Source: an uncultured Candidatus Saccharibacteria bacterium (GTDB lineage: Bacteria > Patescibacteriota > Saccharimonadia > Saccharimonadales > JBBQAJ01). From it: 64,000 bases of DNA. This document shows positions 29,448 through 39,570 of this stretch, piece after piece (the first letter of the stretch is position 1; the number at the start of each line of letters is the position of its first letter). Both the position numbers and the translations under genes were made by a program. The stretch is taken from contig CAZQZT010000003.1 in the NCBI GenBank assembly GCA_964597925.1, positions 35,199-99,198 of the forward strand, written 5' to 3'. Under the pieces are notes generated by a model. That model had not been told where the DNA came from and made no database searches. It saw only the letters and a program-made list of their open reading frames with translations.

Positions 29448-31931
29448 ATGATGCCGCAATCGCCGGATTTTCAAGAATTTTTAAATCATTTAACTGACAA
29501 CGCGCTGAGCAGTCTTAAGCATGCCGATGCGGTTGCCCGGAGTTTTGGTAGTGCTTACGTTGGTACGGAGCATTTGCTATTGGGCGTATTAGCACAAGAC
29601 AGCAGTATGGGTGCTAAGATCCTGTCAGACGCAGGTGTGACACTCGACAGGGCTCGTTTGGTGCTAAACCTGACGCCTAAAACCTTAGTCATAAATCTAG
29701 GAGGCAAGGGGTTAAGTGAAACAGCCAAACTCACGCTCAAGATGGCACAAGACGTTGCTCAAGAATTTAGCCAGGAATACACTGGCACAGAGCACATTTT
29801 ATACAGTATATTGAGTCAAAAGAATGCTAGGGCCACCAAACTGCTTTCTGACATGAATGTAAATGTAGACGGTTTGAATAACGAGCTAGAACAGTTTCTA
29901 AACCGCCAACAATATGACGAAGACAGTGAATCCGCAACCGAAAATCGCAGCAAACGGAGCAAAAAACAACGCAAAACAGCACTGGATTTTTTCGGAACTG
30001 ATTTGACCAATATGGCACGTCAGGGCAAACTTGATCCTGTAGTTGGACGCGAGCCACAAATCAAACGTGTGATTACTATATTGAACCGTCGGACAAAGAA
30101 CAATCCAGTACTAATAGGTGAACCGGGTGTTGGAAAAACAGCCATAGTAGAAGGTCTTGCACAGAGAATAGTGACCGAAGATGTGCCGGATAGTTTGCTG
30201 GATAAAAGAATTGTGATGCTTGATCTAGCGGGAATGATTGCTGGTACCAAATATCGTGGCGAGTTTGAAGAGCGACTCAAAAAAGTCATGGCTGAACTTG
30301 AGCAAGACAAAAAAACTATTGTGTTTATAGATGAGCTTCATCTGATCGTAGGAGCAGGAGCAGCTGAAGGTGCAATGGATGCTGGTAATATACTCAAACC
30401 AGCGTTGGCTCGTGGCAAGATTCAATTAGTCGGCGCTACCACAACTGCTGAATACACAAAGCATATAGAAAAAGACGCAGCTTTAGAGCGCCGTTTCCAA
30501 CCAATTCAAGTACCTGAAACCACGGTCCCCGAGACGCTTGCGATTTTGAAGGGTTTGCGCAAACATTATGAAGCCTTTCACGGCGTAAAGGTGAGCGATG
30601 ATGTACTTGAAGACACTGTCACTCTAGCAAAGCGCTACATCAATGATCGTTTCATGCCAGACAAAGCCATTGACTTACTAGACGAAACAGCGGCACACCT
30701 TCGAGTAGATAAAGGAGTGACACCTCCAGAAGTTCGCAAACTGCAGAAAGAGCTTAAGCTGGTGAATTCTCGTCGCGAAAGGGCTGCCGATAACGAAGAT
30801 TACGAAAAAGCCGCCAAATACAAACAGCGTGCTAGCCAAATTTCTGATGATTTGAAAAAACTAGAAGCCAGTGGTAAAGCAATAAAGCGACTGACTATGA
30901 CCAGTGATGACGTAGCTGACGTGGTAGCCCGCATGACAGGCGTACCAGTAAGCAAAGTGATTCGCTCCGAAGCGAAATACCTGCTAAATCTAGAAAAAAA
31001 CCTTAGTAAATTTGTAATTGGGCAAGGCGAAGCGGTGGGGGCAGTAGCCAAAGCTATTCGTCGTAATCGTTCTGGCGTGGGTGCTGAAGGCCGGCCAATC
31101 GGTTCATTTATATTCCTTGGCCCAACTGGCGTGGGAAAGACAGAGCTAGCCAGAGTATTAGCAAGGGAATTCTTCGGTTCAGAGGATTCGCTAGTTAAGA
31201 TTGACATGAGCGAATTCAACGAACACCACAACGTCTCAAGACTTGTTGGTGCGCCTGCTGGCTATGTTGGCTATGACGACGGTGGACAGCTAACAGACAA
31301 AATCCGTCGCCAACCGTATAGTTTGGTGCTGTTTGACGAGATTGAAAAAGCTCATCCAGATGTTTTTAATATACTACTTCAAGTGCTAGAAGACGGTGTT
31401 TTGAATGATGCAAAAGGTCGTAAGATAGATTTTAGCAACGCTATCATTATCATGACCAGCAACATCGGTGCCGACCGATTGCAGAAAGAAGCCGCTCTAG
31501 GATTTCAAGTTGGCGATAGTGTGAATAAAGAAAACCTGGATAGCCTGCATCAAGCAAACAAAGACAAAGTTCAAGATGCATTAAAAAAGATGATGCGTCC
31601 AGAATTGTTAAACCGCATAGACAAGACGATTGTGTTTAGGGCTTTAACCAAAAAAGACATCTTGACCATTCTAGATTTACAGCTGAACGAATTACGTCAA
31701 CGATTGGTCAAACATGGGTTGGGCTTGCAGTTGACGGCGGGGGCAAAAGATTACTTGCTAGAGCATGGATATGATGCTAAAAATGGAGTTAGGCCAATGC
31801 GCCGTTTACTACAAGACACTCTGGAAGATCACGTAGCGCTAGAACTACTAGACGGCAAATATCAAAAGGGCAACATAATAAAAGTAACAGCCAAAAAAGA
31901 CGACCTGCTGTACACAATCACTTCCGAATAA
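29448..31931 (+). CDS. clpC: ATP-dependent Clp protease ATP-binding subunit ClpC (class III stress AAA+ chaperone)
   Basis: Double Clp_N repeat, two AAA+ modules ([16 protein letters not shown]) and a UVR-like linker. 827 aa, lacking the long ClpB M-domain. Confidence 0.9.
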   Translation: MMPQSPDFQEFLNHLTDNALSSLKHADAVARSFGSAYVGTEHLLLGVLAQDSSMGAKILSDAGVTLDRARLVLNLTPKTLVINLGGKGLSETAKLTLKMAQDVAQEFSQEYTGTEHILYSILSQKNARATKLLSDMNVNVDGLNNELEQFLNRQQYDEDSESATENRSKRSKKQRKTALDFFGTDLTNMARQGKLDPVVGREPQIKRVITILNRRTKNNPVLIGEPGVGKTAIVEGLAQRIVTEDVPDSLLDKRIVMLDLAGMIAGTKYRGEFEERLKKVMAELEQDKKTIVFIDELHLIVGAGAAEGAMDAGNILKPALARGKIQLVGATTTAEYTKHIEKDAALERRFQPIQVPETTVPETLAILKGLRKHYEAFHGVKVSDDVLEDTVTLAKRYINDRFMPDKAIDLLDETAAHLRVDKGVTPPEVRKLQKELKLVNSRRERAADNEDYEKAAKYKQRASQISDDLKKLEASGKAIKRLTMTSDDVADVVARMTGVPVSKVIRSEAKYLLNLEKNLSKFVIGQGEAVGAVAKAIRRNRSGVGAEGRPIGSFIFLGPTGVGKTELARVLAREFFGSEDSLVKIDMSEFNEHHNVSRLVGAPAGYVGYDDGGQLTDKIRRQPYSLVLFDEIEKAHPDVFNILLQVLEDGVLNDAKGRKIDFSNAIIIMTSNIGADRLQKEAALGFQVGDSVNKENLDSLHQANKDKVQDALKKMMRPELLNRIDKTIVFRALTKKDILTILDLQLNELRQRLVKHGLGLQLTAGAKDYLLEHGYDAKNGVRPMRRLLQDTLEDHVALELLDGKYQKGNIIKVTAKKDDLLYTITSE

Positions 31932-31945
31932 GCTACACTTATCAC

Positions 31946-32917
31946 GTGATAAAAAAGACCAAAATAATTACCCGCATAGCAACTATCGTGGTTGTGGTTG
32001 CTGTACCGGTAGCTATATGGAGCCAGCGTTGGAATATCCATGATGCCATGCGTTTGCGTAGCTATATTCCCTCAGCAGAAGTTTCACAGCTCGCTACAGA
32101 CACGACTATGAATGATTCGGCACGCAGGGTCTTTTATGTTAATCGCCCAGAGCTTCAGGGCAGAGAGGCGTTTAATCAAAGTTGCACTTCGTCTGAGCAA
32201 ACCATTGTTTTGGGGTGCTTTGTATCAGGAACCGGAATATTCTTGCATAACGTTTCAGACGAACGCTTGAAGGGTATTGTGCAAGTAACAGCCGCACACG
32301 AAGTACTACATGCCGCATATCAGCGACTGGATAGGAGGGAAAAAGCGCGAGTAAATGACATGCTTGAGCAAACTTTTGCTAAACTAGATAACCAGCGCAT
32401 AAAAGACACTATACAAGACTATCGAAAAAACGGTGCTGACACTACGAATGAACTTCATTCTATATTAGCAACAGAAGTTCGTGATTTGCCTGCAGAGCTA
32501 GAGCAGTATTATAGCCAGTATTTTACTAGTAGGGTCAAGATAGTAGAATTCTCCGAAAAATACGAACAAGCTTTCACGCAACGAAGGCAACAAGTGGCGG
32601 CGGCAGATGTAAAGTTAGCGGAGCTAAAACAGCGAATAGAAGCAGCCGAAGCTACGCTGCAGACCAAAGCCGAACAACTAAAAGCAGAGCGCGCTAGGAT
32701 GGATGGACTGCTGGCTGCTAAAAATTTCGAAGATTTTAATGCGGCTGTTCCAGCGTTCAACGCCAGTGTGAGCGCTTATAACGCACAGGTTGCGAGCGTT
32801 AGAAGACTAATTGACCAGTACAACGCCCTAGTAGCTGAACGCAACGCTATAGTTACTGAAGAAACAGAACTGGTAAAAGCTTTAGACAGCAGACCAGACA
32901 CTATTCAGACCGAGTAG
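31946..32917 (+). CDS. Membrane-anchored HExxH protein (putative zinc metallopeptidase) with a C-terminal coiled coil
   Basis: N-terminal TM helix (ITRIATIVVVVAVPVAIW), motif VTAAHEVLHAAYQRL and an Ala/Glu/Gln-rich coiled coil at 200-300 aa. Sits between clpC and radA. Confidence 0.5.
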   Translation: MIKKTKIITRIATIVVVVAVPVAIWSQRWNIHDAMRLRSYIPSAEVSQLATDTTMNDSARRVFYVNRPELQGREAFNQSCTSSEQTIVLGCFVSGTGIFLHNVSDERLKGIVQVTAAHEVLHAAYQRLDRREKARVNDMLEQTFAKLDNQRIKDTIQDYRKNGADTTNELHSILATEVRDLPAELEQYYSQYFTSRVKIVEFSEKYEQAFTQRRQQVAAADVKLAELKQRIEAAEATLQTKAEQLKAERARMDGLLAAKNFEDFNAAVPAFNASVSAYNAQVASVRRLIDQYNALVAERNAIVTEETELVKALDSRPDTIQTE

Positions 32918-32934
32918 TCTGGTAAACTTGTAGA

Positions 32935-34278
32935 ATGGCGAAAAAAGATTCTGTGAGATATGTCTGTAGCAATTGTGCGGCTGTTAGTTTGACATGGAGT
33001 GGGCGCTGTTTTAGCTGTGGAGAGTGGAATACTTTGCAAGAAGAGATGTCTATAAGTGGCGCTCAGGCTGCAGCTGGTGGCAGGCCTCTTAAAACTCAAA
33101 CAGTTAGCAGCTCTATTGCCAAAGACAATAAGAGACTTACGACTGGTGTCAGCGAGGTAGATACCGTTTTTGGCGGGGGTATTGTATTGGGCAGTATGAA
33201 TTTGATAGCAGGACAGCCTGGGATTGGCAAAAGTACGCTTCTGCTTCAGGTAGCGCATGATTTGGCGCAAAAAAACCGTGTGTTATATATAAGTGGTGAA
33301 GAATCTGCTCATCAGATAGGCCTGCGTGCAGGTAGGCTTGGGGCAGGGGCCAAAAACCTTCAGTTGGCTACCAGTACTAGTGCAGACGACATAGCCACAA
33401 CGATAAGTGAGGCCAAATTTGACCTAGTAGTGGTAGATTCTATACAAACGCTCAACTGCAGTGCTATAGCTTCGGCATCTGGAACTGTAAGTCAAATCAC
33501 CAACAGTACGGCACTACTCACTATGGCTGCAAAACAATCAAACACAGCAGTAATATTAGTTGGTCATGTTACTAAAGAGGGCTCCATAGCTGGGCCTAAA
33601 GTGCTAGAACACGTAGTTGACGTGGTATTGCAGCTAGAAGGCGATCGGTACGGCGGGTTTAAGATTCTGCGGGCGGTAAAAAACCGCTACGGTTCTACAA
33701 ACGAGGCTGGGATATTTGAAATGGCAGACAACGGTCTCAGACCAGTAGATAACCCATCTGCTGCTCTTTTGGCGGAAAGGCAAGCTAGCGACGGCTCTGT
33801 AGTGCTGGCAACCATGGAAGGAACCAGGCCACTGCTAGTAGAAGTGCAGGCCTTGGTAAATCGCACTAGTTATGGTTACCCAAAGCGCACAGCCAGTGGG
33901 ATAGATTTAAACCGCATAAATTTGCTGGTAGCTATGCTAGAAAAACGCACAAAACTGAGCTTAGCTGACCAAGACATCTACATAAATATAGTTGGTGGAA
34001 TTAAGCTGACAGAACCAGCTGCAGACCTAGCCATATGCATGGCAATAGCCACCGCCGCAAAGGGTATGCAGCTCAAACAAAACGCCGTTGTTTTTGGAGA
34101 AGTAGGGCTTTCCGGAGAAGTGCGTCATGTTCCATTTATAGACAAGCGCCTGGCAGAAGCTAAAAAACTAGGCTTTGACGTAGCTATAGGCCCAGTTATA
34201 AAAGGCAAACAAACAGCTAAATACGCCGGCGTCAAAGACGTCCGTTCCGCCCTAAATACATTCTTGGCTAAAGACTAG
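32935..34278 (+). CDS. radA: DNA repair protein RadA/Sms
   Basis: N-terminal C4 zinc finger (CSNCAAVS...CFSCGEW), RecA-like Walker A GQPGIGKST and a C-terminal Lon-like domain. Confidence 0.95.
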   Translation: MAKKDSVRYVCSNCAAVSLTWSGRCFSCGEWNTLQEEMSISGAQAAAGGRPLKTQTVSSSIAKDNKRLTTGVSEVDTVFGGGIVLGSMNLIAGQPGIGKSTLLLQVAHDLAQKNRVLYISGEESAHQIGLRAGRLGAGAKNLQLATSTSADDIATTISEAKFDLVVVDSIQTLNCSAIASASGTVSQITNSTALLTMAAKQSNTAVILVGHVTKEGSIAGPKVLEHVVDVVLQLEGDRYGGFKILRAVKNRYGSTNEAGIFEMADNGLRPVDNPSAALLAERQASDGSVVLATMEGTRPLLVEVQALVNRTSYGYPKRTASGIDLNRINLLVAMLEKRTKLSLADQDIYINIVGGIKLTEPAADLAICMAIATAAKGMQLKQNAVVFGEVGLSGEVRHVPFIDKRLAEAKKLGFDVAIGPVIKGKQTAKYAGVKDVRSALNTFLAKD

Positions 34279-37200
34279 GATGATCCTACTAGAGAAAAAC
34301 TTTCGTTCGCACTCGCCCCACCTGTTGCATTTACGCTCCATGTGCAGTTAGCCGGATAAGCGATAACCGCAGGGTAGTTATATAAATTCGAATCAGGTGG
34401 GTTATAACTAAGCCCAGAAGTGGAGTTATTCCCTGAAGTTGTAAATCCGCCCATTGTGCAAGTCCATGCTACTGTGTAATTTGATGCCCCAATATTGTTC
34501 CACGAGAAATTCACCGCAGATCTGTTAACTGAACTACCTGACACTGGAGAAAGTAACTGTAGACCACCTCCACTGTTACCACTTAACGACACAGCTGCCG
34601 AAGAACTTTCGTACAAAACGCTGTCAATAACTTGAGCAGTGAAATCCTTACTGCCATCAAAACTAAGAACGGGTGTATAGGATGCGGTTACATTATTGTC
34701 ATCAACAGTTGCTGTGTTTACTATTTGCCCATCAAGTATGAAGTTCACTGTTCCGGGAAATTGGCTGCTAGAAAGCGGGTGTGTTCCTCGCTGTACGGTT
34801 GCTACAAGTGTGTTGCCAGTCTTGCTAAGGCTAATGGTTGGCTTTGCATCTTCGCATTTATGTATGTCGTCTTTGTCTGTCCCGCCTGCTGCAACTGCTG
34901 CCCCGGCTACAAATTTATCCACGGAGAACGTATTGCTTTCTGAACTATTACCTTCTTTGACCGCTCGTGGAGGAGTACATTCGGTGGCAAGTTTATTACT
35001 AACTTGATCTATTTTAACGTTTACGCCCGTTGCTTTGCTTGGTTGTTTGTACCATGAAGGGAATAGGTCGGTAGCAGGACTTGGCTCTCTAGACCCTACG
35101 CCCACATGGGTACGAACTATAAAAGCCGGGAGGGTTTGTATGCCACTAGGCTTGGCTCGGGCTTCTGGTTTGAGGTTTTCGTGCATGGTTGTCATCCAGC
35201 CGTTCACGATTGGTAGAGTCATGGTTTCCATGAACCCGCTCATCACCTTTTGACGGTTGTGGTAGCCAACCCACGTACCAACAGCATATTGGGTAGAAAA
35301 CATCATCATTAGACCGTCTTTTGAGTCGTTGGTCGTACCAGTTTTAGCGCCAAATTTCCAGCCCTTGTAGTTCTGAATTTTGTTTGGTAGGTAGCTAGCA
35401 TTTGGATCACTCATCATGTCTGTAACTATATATGCACTCTCTGGACTCACGGCCTGCACTCCTTTACTTGGCTTCCACTCATCGACTGTTTTGCCAGCTG
35501 CGTCAGTAATTTTTAATATGTATGTCTGGGGTATGTTTAAGCCGTTTCGAGAAAGCGTGCCATAGCCATGGACATGCTCGTCCAAGCGTAGATAGGCTCC
35601 ATCACCAATAGCGGAAGATGCGTAGCAGGGTGCCTGTTGGGTGTTTTGTTCGTCGTAGTAACAGCGATAGTTACCGATTGTTGGGTCTGGTTTTCCATCC
35701 GGGCCATAATTTGTCATTAGTTTATTAGCAGTTTCTATTGTTTGCTCAACGCCAGCTATCAGCATGGCCTTTATGGCTGGAACGTTTCGTGAGCCTCCCA
35801 GTGCATAGCGCAAAGTCATGGGTCCCGGATAGCGTAAGTCATAGTCTACCAAGCAATTTCCGGTACGTGTAGCTCCTGTGGTGCAGGGATAGCCTGGAAC
35901 GGGTCCTTTTGAGTCGTAAAGCACTGAACCGGCACCAACGTTCTTTTGAGTGTCTATAAGTGCAGTATAGTCATATGGTTTGAAAGAAGAACCTGGGGGT
36001 AGCTCTAAATCATGGGCATAGTTATTTTGTCCAAATTCTTCGTTGTAGAAATCAACGCCACCAACCAATGCAACGACTTGACCTGTTTTAACATCTTCTG
36101 CCACAAAACCAGAAGTATCTCCTCCTTGGCGGCGTACCTGGGTCATGCCTTTTTGTACTTGCTCTTCTGCTACTTTTTGTGCATTTAAATCTAAGGCGGT
36201 TGTGACTTTCCAGCCTCCTCGCTTAACACTGGTAGCTCCAAAACGACGTTCGAGTTCTTGTTTGGCTGTCAATACATACCAAGGAGATTTAATGCCATCA
36301 AATCTTTGGGGGCGTGGTTGAACTTGGGCTACTACATCAACTTTCTTAGCATTGTCTCGTTGCTCTTTGGTTATCATACCCTGTTGTTCCATGAGATCTA
36401 ATATGTAATGTTGTCTGCCTATTAACGCTTCTCGGTCGAAATCTGTTTTGTTATAAGGTGAATAGTAACTGGGTGATTTAGGTATGGCAGCGAGCATTGC
36501 AGACTGTTCTAGTGTCAAATCTTTTGCTGATTTATGGAAATAGTTTTGGGCAGCTGCTTCTATACCATTTTCAATACCACCATAGGGTGCAGTGTTAAGA
36601 TAACCAGTTAAAATTTCTTGTTTGGTATATTCGCGCTCAAGTTCAACAGAAAGAATTACTTCTTTAACTTTTCTTGTATAGGTGCGCTCTGATCCAACGT
36701 TCGACTGCGTAAGACGAACAAGTTGCTGACTAATAGTAGAGCCACCTTGAGTACCATTTCCGCCTACTAAGTTATTGATGCCAGCGCGCATAATCCCACG
36801 TACGTCAAAGCCTCCGTGTTTGAAAAAATCTTTATCTTCCACGGCTATAGTTGCCTGTTTTACGTAAGTTGAAATGGCTTCATCTTTAACGGGAATCCTC
36901 TTAGACCCATCAACATCTTCGAAGAGTAGGGTTTCCCCAGTTCTGTCATAGTACAAAATACTCCCGCCTATGTTACTGCCAGATATATCACGAATGTTTG
37001 GTAGATCTTTACGAAAGTAAGCAAACACTCCAACTAGCATCAAGAAACATATAAGAGTACCAATTCCCAACAGTTTGAGTGCCATGATTCCACCTTCACG
37101 ACTGAACCAGTATTTGTAGAGGCGTTTTGGCTGCAATCTAAAGAAGAATCGCTTTATGCGGCTTTTAGGCATGCCCGCTAGCCGTTCCGCTCGCTTTTGT

Positions 37201-37355
37201 GCATAAGATGCGCGTTTGGATCGGATTTTATCGCCTATGGATCGATTAATCTTAATTGTCTGCCCACTTTTGGTTACAAAACTGCTCTTACTCTTTCGGC
37301 CTAGGTTTTTACCTCGACTACTTCCACTCGATTTCTTAGTACTCATTTCGGTCAA
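34275..37355 (-). CDS. mrcA: Class A penicillin-binding protein (PBP1A; glycosyltransferase GT51 + transpeptidase) with a ~250-aa Ser/Thr/Asn-rich C-terminal extension
   Basis: N-terminal TM anchor. GT51 motifs (EDKDFFKHGGFD, RKVKE), transpeptidase SxxK (SSFKP), SxN and KTGT(T) (GAKTGTT). The C-terminal tail contains Ig-like repeats. Confidence 0.9.
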   Translation of the reverse strand: MTEMSTKKSSGSSRGKNLGRKSKSSFVTKSGQTIKINRSIGDKIRSKRASYAQKRAERLAGMPKSRIKRFFFRLQPKRLYKYWFSREGGIMALKLLGIGTLICFLMLVGVFAYFRKDLPNIRDISGSNIGGSILYYDRTGETLLFEDVDGSKRIPVKDEAISTYVKQATIAVEDKDFFKHGGFDVRGIMRAGINNLVGGNGTQGGSTISQQLVRLTQSNVGSERTYTRKVKEVILSVELEREYTKQEILTGYLNTAPYGGIENGIEAAAQNYFHKSAKDLTLEQSAMLAAIPKSPSYYSPYNKTDFDREALIGRQHYILDLMEQQGMITKEQRDNAKKVDVVAQVQPRPQRFDGIKSPWYVLTAKQELERRFGATSVKRGGWKVTTALDLNAQKVAEEQVQKGMTQVRRQGGDTSGFVAEDVKTGQVVALVGGVDFYNEEFGQNNYAHDLELPPGSSFKPYDYTALIDTQKNVGAGSVLYDSKGPVPGYPCTTGATRTGNCLVDYDLRYPGPMTLRYALGGSRNVPAIKAMLIAGVEQTIETANKLMTNYGPDGKPDPTIGNYRCYYDEQNTQQAPCYASSAIGDGAYLRLDEHVHGYGTLSRNGLNIPQTYILKITDAAGKTVDEWKPSKGVQAVSPESAYIVTDMMSDPNASYLPNKIQNYKGWKFGAKTGTTNDSKDGLMMMFSTQYAVGTWVGYHNRQKVMSGFMETMTLPIVNGWMTTMHENLKPEARAKPSGIQTLPAFIVRTHVGVGSREPSPATDLFPSWYKQPSKATGVNVKIDQVSNKLATECTPPRAVKEGNSSESNTFSVDKFVAGAAVAAGGTDKDDIHKCEDAKPTISLSKTGNTLVATVQRGTHPLSSSQFPGTVNFILDGQIVNTATVDDNNVTASYTPVLSFDGSKDFTAQVIDSVLYESSSAAVSLSGNSGGGLQLLSPVSGSSVNRSAVNFSWNNIGASNYTVAWTCTMGGFTTSGNNSTSGLSYNPPDSNLYNYPAVIAYPANCTWSVNATGGASANESFSLVGSS

Positions 37356-37449
37356 TATACTCCCTAAATAGTATTATGTATTATAGCAAATCTTTGATAA
37401 TAAAAGTGATTATAAGCATTATTTATATGGACTGCTATACTAAGGTAAA

Positions 37450-38688
37450 ATGGCAAATATGACTTTATCAGAAGAACTTGCATGGCGTGGTTTCGTCAAT
37501 CAGACGACTTATAAGGATATCACAGCCCTAGACAGGGAGCCAATTACGTTTTATTGGGGGGTAGATCCTAGTGCGCCTTCTATGACAATCGGCAACCTGG
37601 CAGCCGCTATGATGGTTCGACATTTTATAGACCACGGCCACAAAGCCGTACTGTTGGTAGGAGGTGCTACGGGGATGATTGGTGATCCAGACGGCAAGCG
37701 CGAAGAGCGAAAGCTTAAAACTCCTGAAGAGCTAGAAGCAAATAAATCCGGTATTGCTGGTCAGTACAAAAGTATCTTCGGTGGTAAAGATTTTAAACTA
37801 GTAGATAATTATGACTGGTTCAAGGACATGGGTTACCTGCAGTTTTTGCGTGATGTAGGCAAACATGTGCCCATGAGACAAATGCTGGGACGAGATTTTG
37901 TGCAAACGCGTCTAGCGGAGGGTGGTGCAGGGATCAGCTATGCTGAGTTTAGCTATGTGCTGATTCAAGCCTACGATTTCCTACACATGAATAGTCAAAT
38001 AGGCGTGGAGCTGCAGGTCTGTGGCTCAGACCAATGGGGCAACTGCATTGCCGGCGTAGACCTGATACGCCGAATTTCTGGCAAAGAAGCTCATGTATGG
38101 TCCACGCCGCTGGTTATAAATAAGACAACTGGTGCAAAGTTTGGCAAAACAGAAGATGGAGCTGTTTGGCTGGACGAAAAACTAACAAGCGTTTACAAAT
38201 TTTATCAGTTTTGGCTAAACGTAGACGACGAAAGCATAGAAGACTACTTAAAGGTTTATACGTTGTTATCAAAGGCAGAAATTGAAAAGGTTTGTAGCGA
38301 ATTCAAACAGAATCCAGGCCAGCGAGTAGCTCAAAAATTACTAGCATACGAGGTTTCGAAATTGGTTCATGGCGAAGCCCGCGCTAATTCGGTTAGAAAA
38401 GTTAGTGAGGCGTTGTTCGGAGAAGGTAGTTTTCTGGAACTTTCGGAGGCCGAAGTGGAATTATTGACTCACGAATTACCCGTAGTTACCGCCAGTGACG
38501 ATTTGTATGAAATGATTGCTAGTGCTGGTCTGGCTAGTTCTAAGGGCGAAGCACGCAACTTCCACGCCTCTGGGGCAATATACATCAATGGTGAAAAAAC
38601 TCTTCCGGATCAAGAGATTGTGTTTCGAAAAGGGGCAAATCTGCTGAAGCGAGGCAAAAACAGCTTTGCAATTGTTGACAACAAATAA
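37450..38688 (+). CDS. tyrS: Tyrosyl-tRNA synthetase
   Basis: Class I Rossmann fold with variant HIGH and KMSKS (KFGKT) motifs and a C-terminal S4 domain. Confidence 0.9.
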   Translation: MANMTLSEELAWRGFVNQTTYKDITALDREPITFYWGVDPSAPSMTIGNLAAAMMVRHFIDHGHKAVLLVGGATGMIGDPDGKREERKLKTPEELEANKSGIAGQYKSIFGGKDFKLVDNYDWFKDMGYLQFLRDVGKHVPMRQMLGRDFVQTRLAEGGAGISYAEFSYVLIQAYDFLHMNSQIGVELQVCGSDQWGNCIAGVDLIRRISGKEAHVWSTPLVINKTTGAKFGKTEDGAVWLDEKLTSVYKFYQFWLNVDDESIEDYLKVYTLLSKAEIEKVCSEFKQNPGQRVAQKLLAYEVSKLVHGEARANSVRKVSEALFGEGSFLELSEAEVELLTHELPVVTASDDLYEMIASAGLASSKGEARNFHASGAIYINGEKTLPDQEIVFRKGANLLKRGKNSFAIVDNK

Positions 38689-38710
38689 ACTGCTATACTT
38701 AAATCTCGTT

Positions 38711-39487
38711 ATGCCAAAATCCACAAAGATACAGTCAAAAAAAGCTGACCAATACGATGAAGGTGACTATAATTACCTGAAATATTGGGATGGTCGCGAC
38801 TACGAACATGCTTCTGAAGAAATGGCCATAAGGCGCCTTCTCAGAGGCAAACATTTCAAAACAGCCACAGACATAGGTGGCGGTTACGGTCGTATGTGTG
38901 TATTTTTAGAGCAGTTTGCCGATAAAGTTACGCTAGCAGAACCCTCTAAGCAACAATTAGAAATAGCCAAAGATTTTCTAAAAGACTATCCAGAGATAGA
39001 CCGAGTGCTAACCCAAGCAGACAATATTAAGCTACAAGACAAATCTCAGGATTTGATAACTATGATTCGTGTAATGCATCATTTGCCAAACCCGCGCGAA
39101 GAATTCAAGGAACTCCACCGTGTACTTAGCGACGACGGGTATTTGCTCTTAGAAGTAGCCAACTACGCTCATGCCAGAAATCGCATAAAGCACATTGTGC
39201 GATTTAAGGCTTTGCCCACTGAGCCTGTAGATATACGTTCAGAAGCAAACCGAAACGATGCAGAAATAGCTTTTGTGAATCACAACCCCCGCACAGTAGT
39301 GAAACAGTTAGCCCATGCTGGATTTAAGGTGCAAAAAGTCCTATCTGTGTCAAATCTTCGCAGCCCAGGTCTCAAGAAGGTCATCCCTCAAAGCATCATG
39401 CTAAGCCTAGAAAAAATCATGCAGCCCACCCTGGCCAAAACATACTTCGGCCCCAGCGTCTTCTTTCTAATCAAAAAAGCCAAATAA
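38711..39487 (+). CDS. Class I SAM-dependent methyltransferase
   Basis: Motif I DIGGGYGRMCVFL plus motif II/III spacing. Start chosen at the Met just after the tyrS stop. Confidence 0.7.
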   Translation: MPKSTKIQSKKADQYDEGDYNYLKYWDGRDYEHASEEMAIRRLLRGKHFKTATDIGGGYGRMCVFLEQFADKVTLAEPSKQQLEIAKDFLKDYPEIDRVLTQADNIKLQDKSQDLITMIRVMHHLPNPREEFKELHRVLSDDGYLLLEVANYAHARNRIKHIVRFKALPTEPVDIRSEANRNDAEIAFVNHNPRTVVKQLAHAGFKVQKVLSVSNLRSPGLKKVIPQSIMLSLEKIMQPTLAKTYFGPSVFFLIKKAK

Positions 39488-39570
39488 AATTCACATGTCC
39501 TTTATCAATAAGAGGATTATCCTCTTTAAGGTGAGACATATGTGATTTATGGTGACGTATACTGGGTTAT

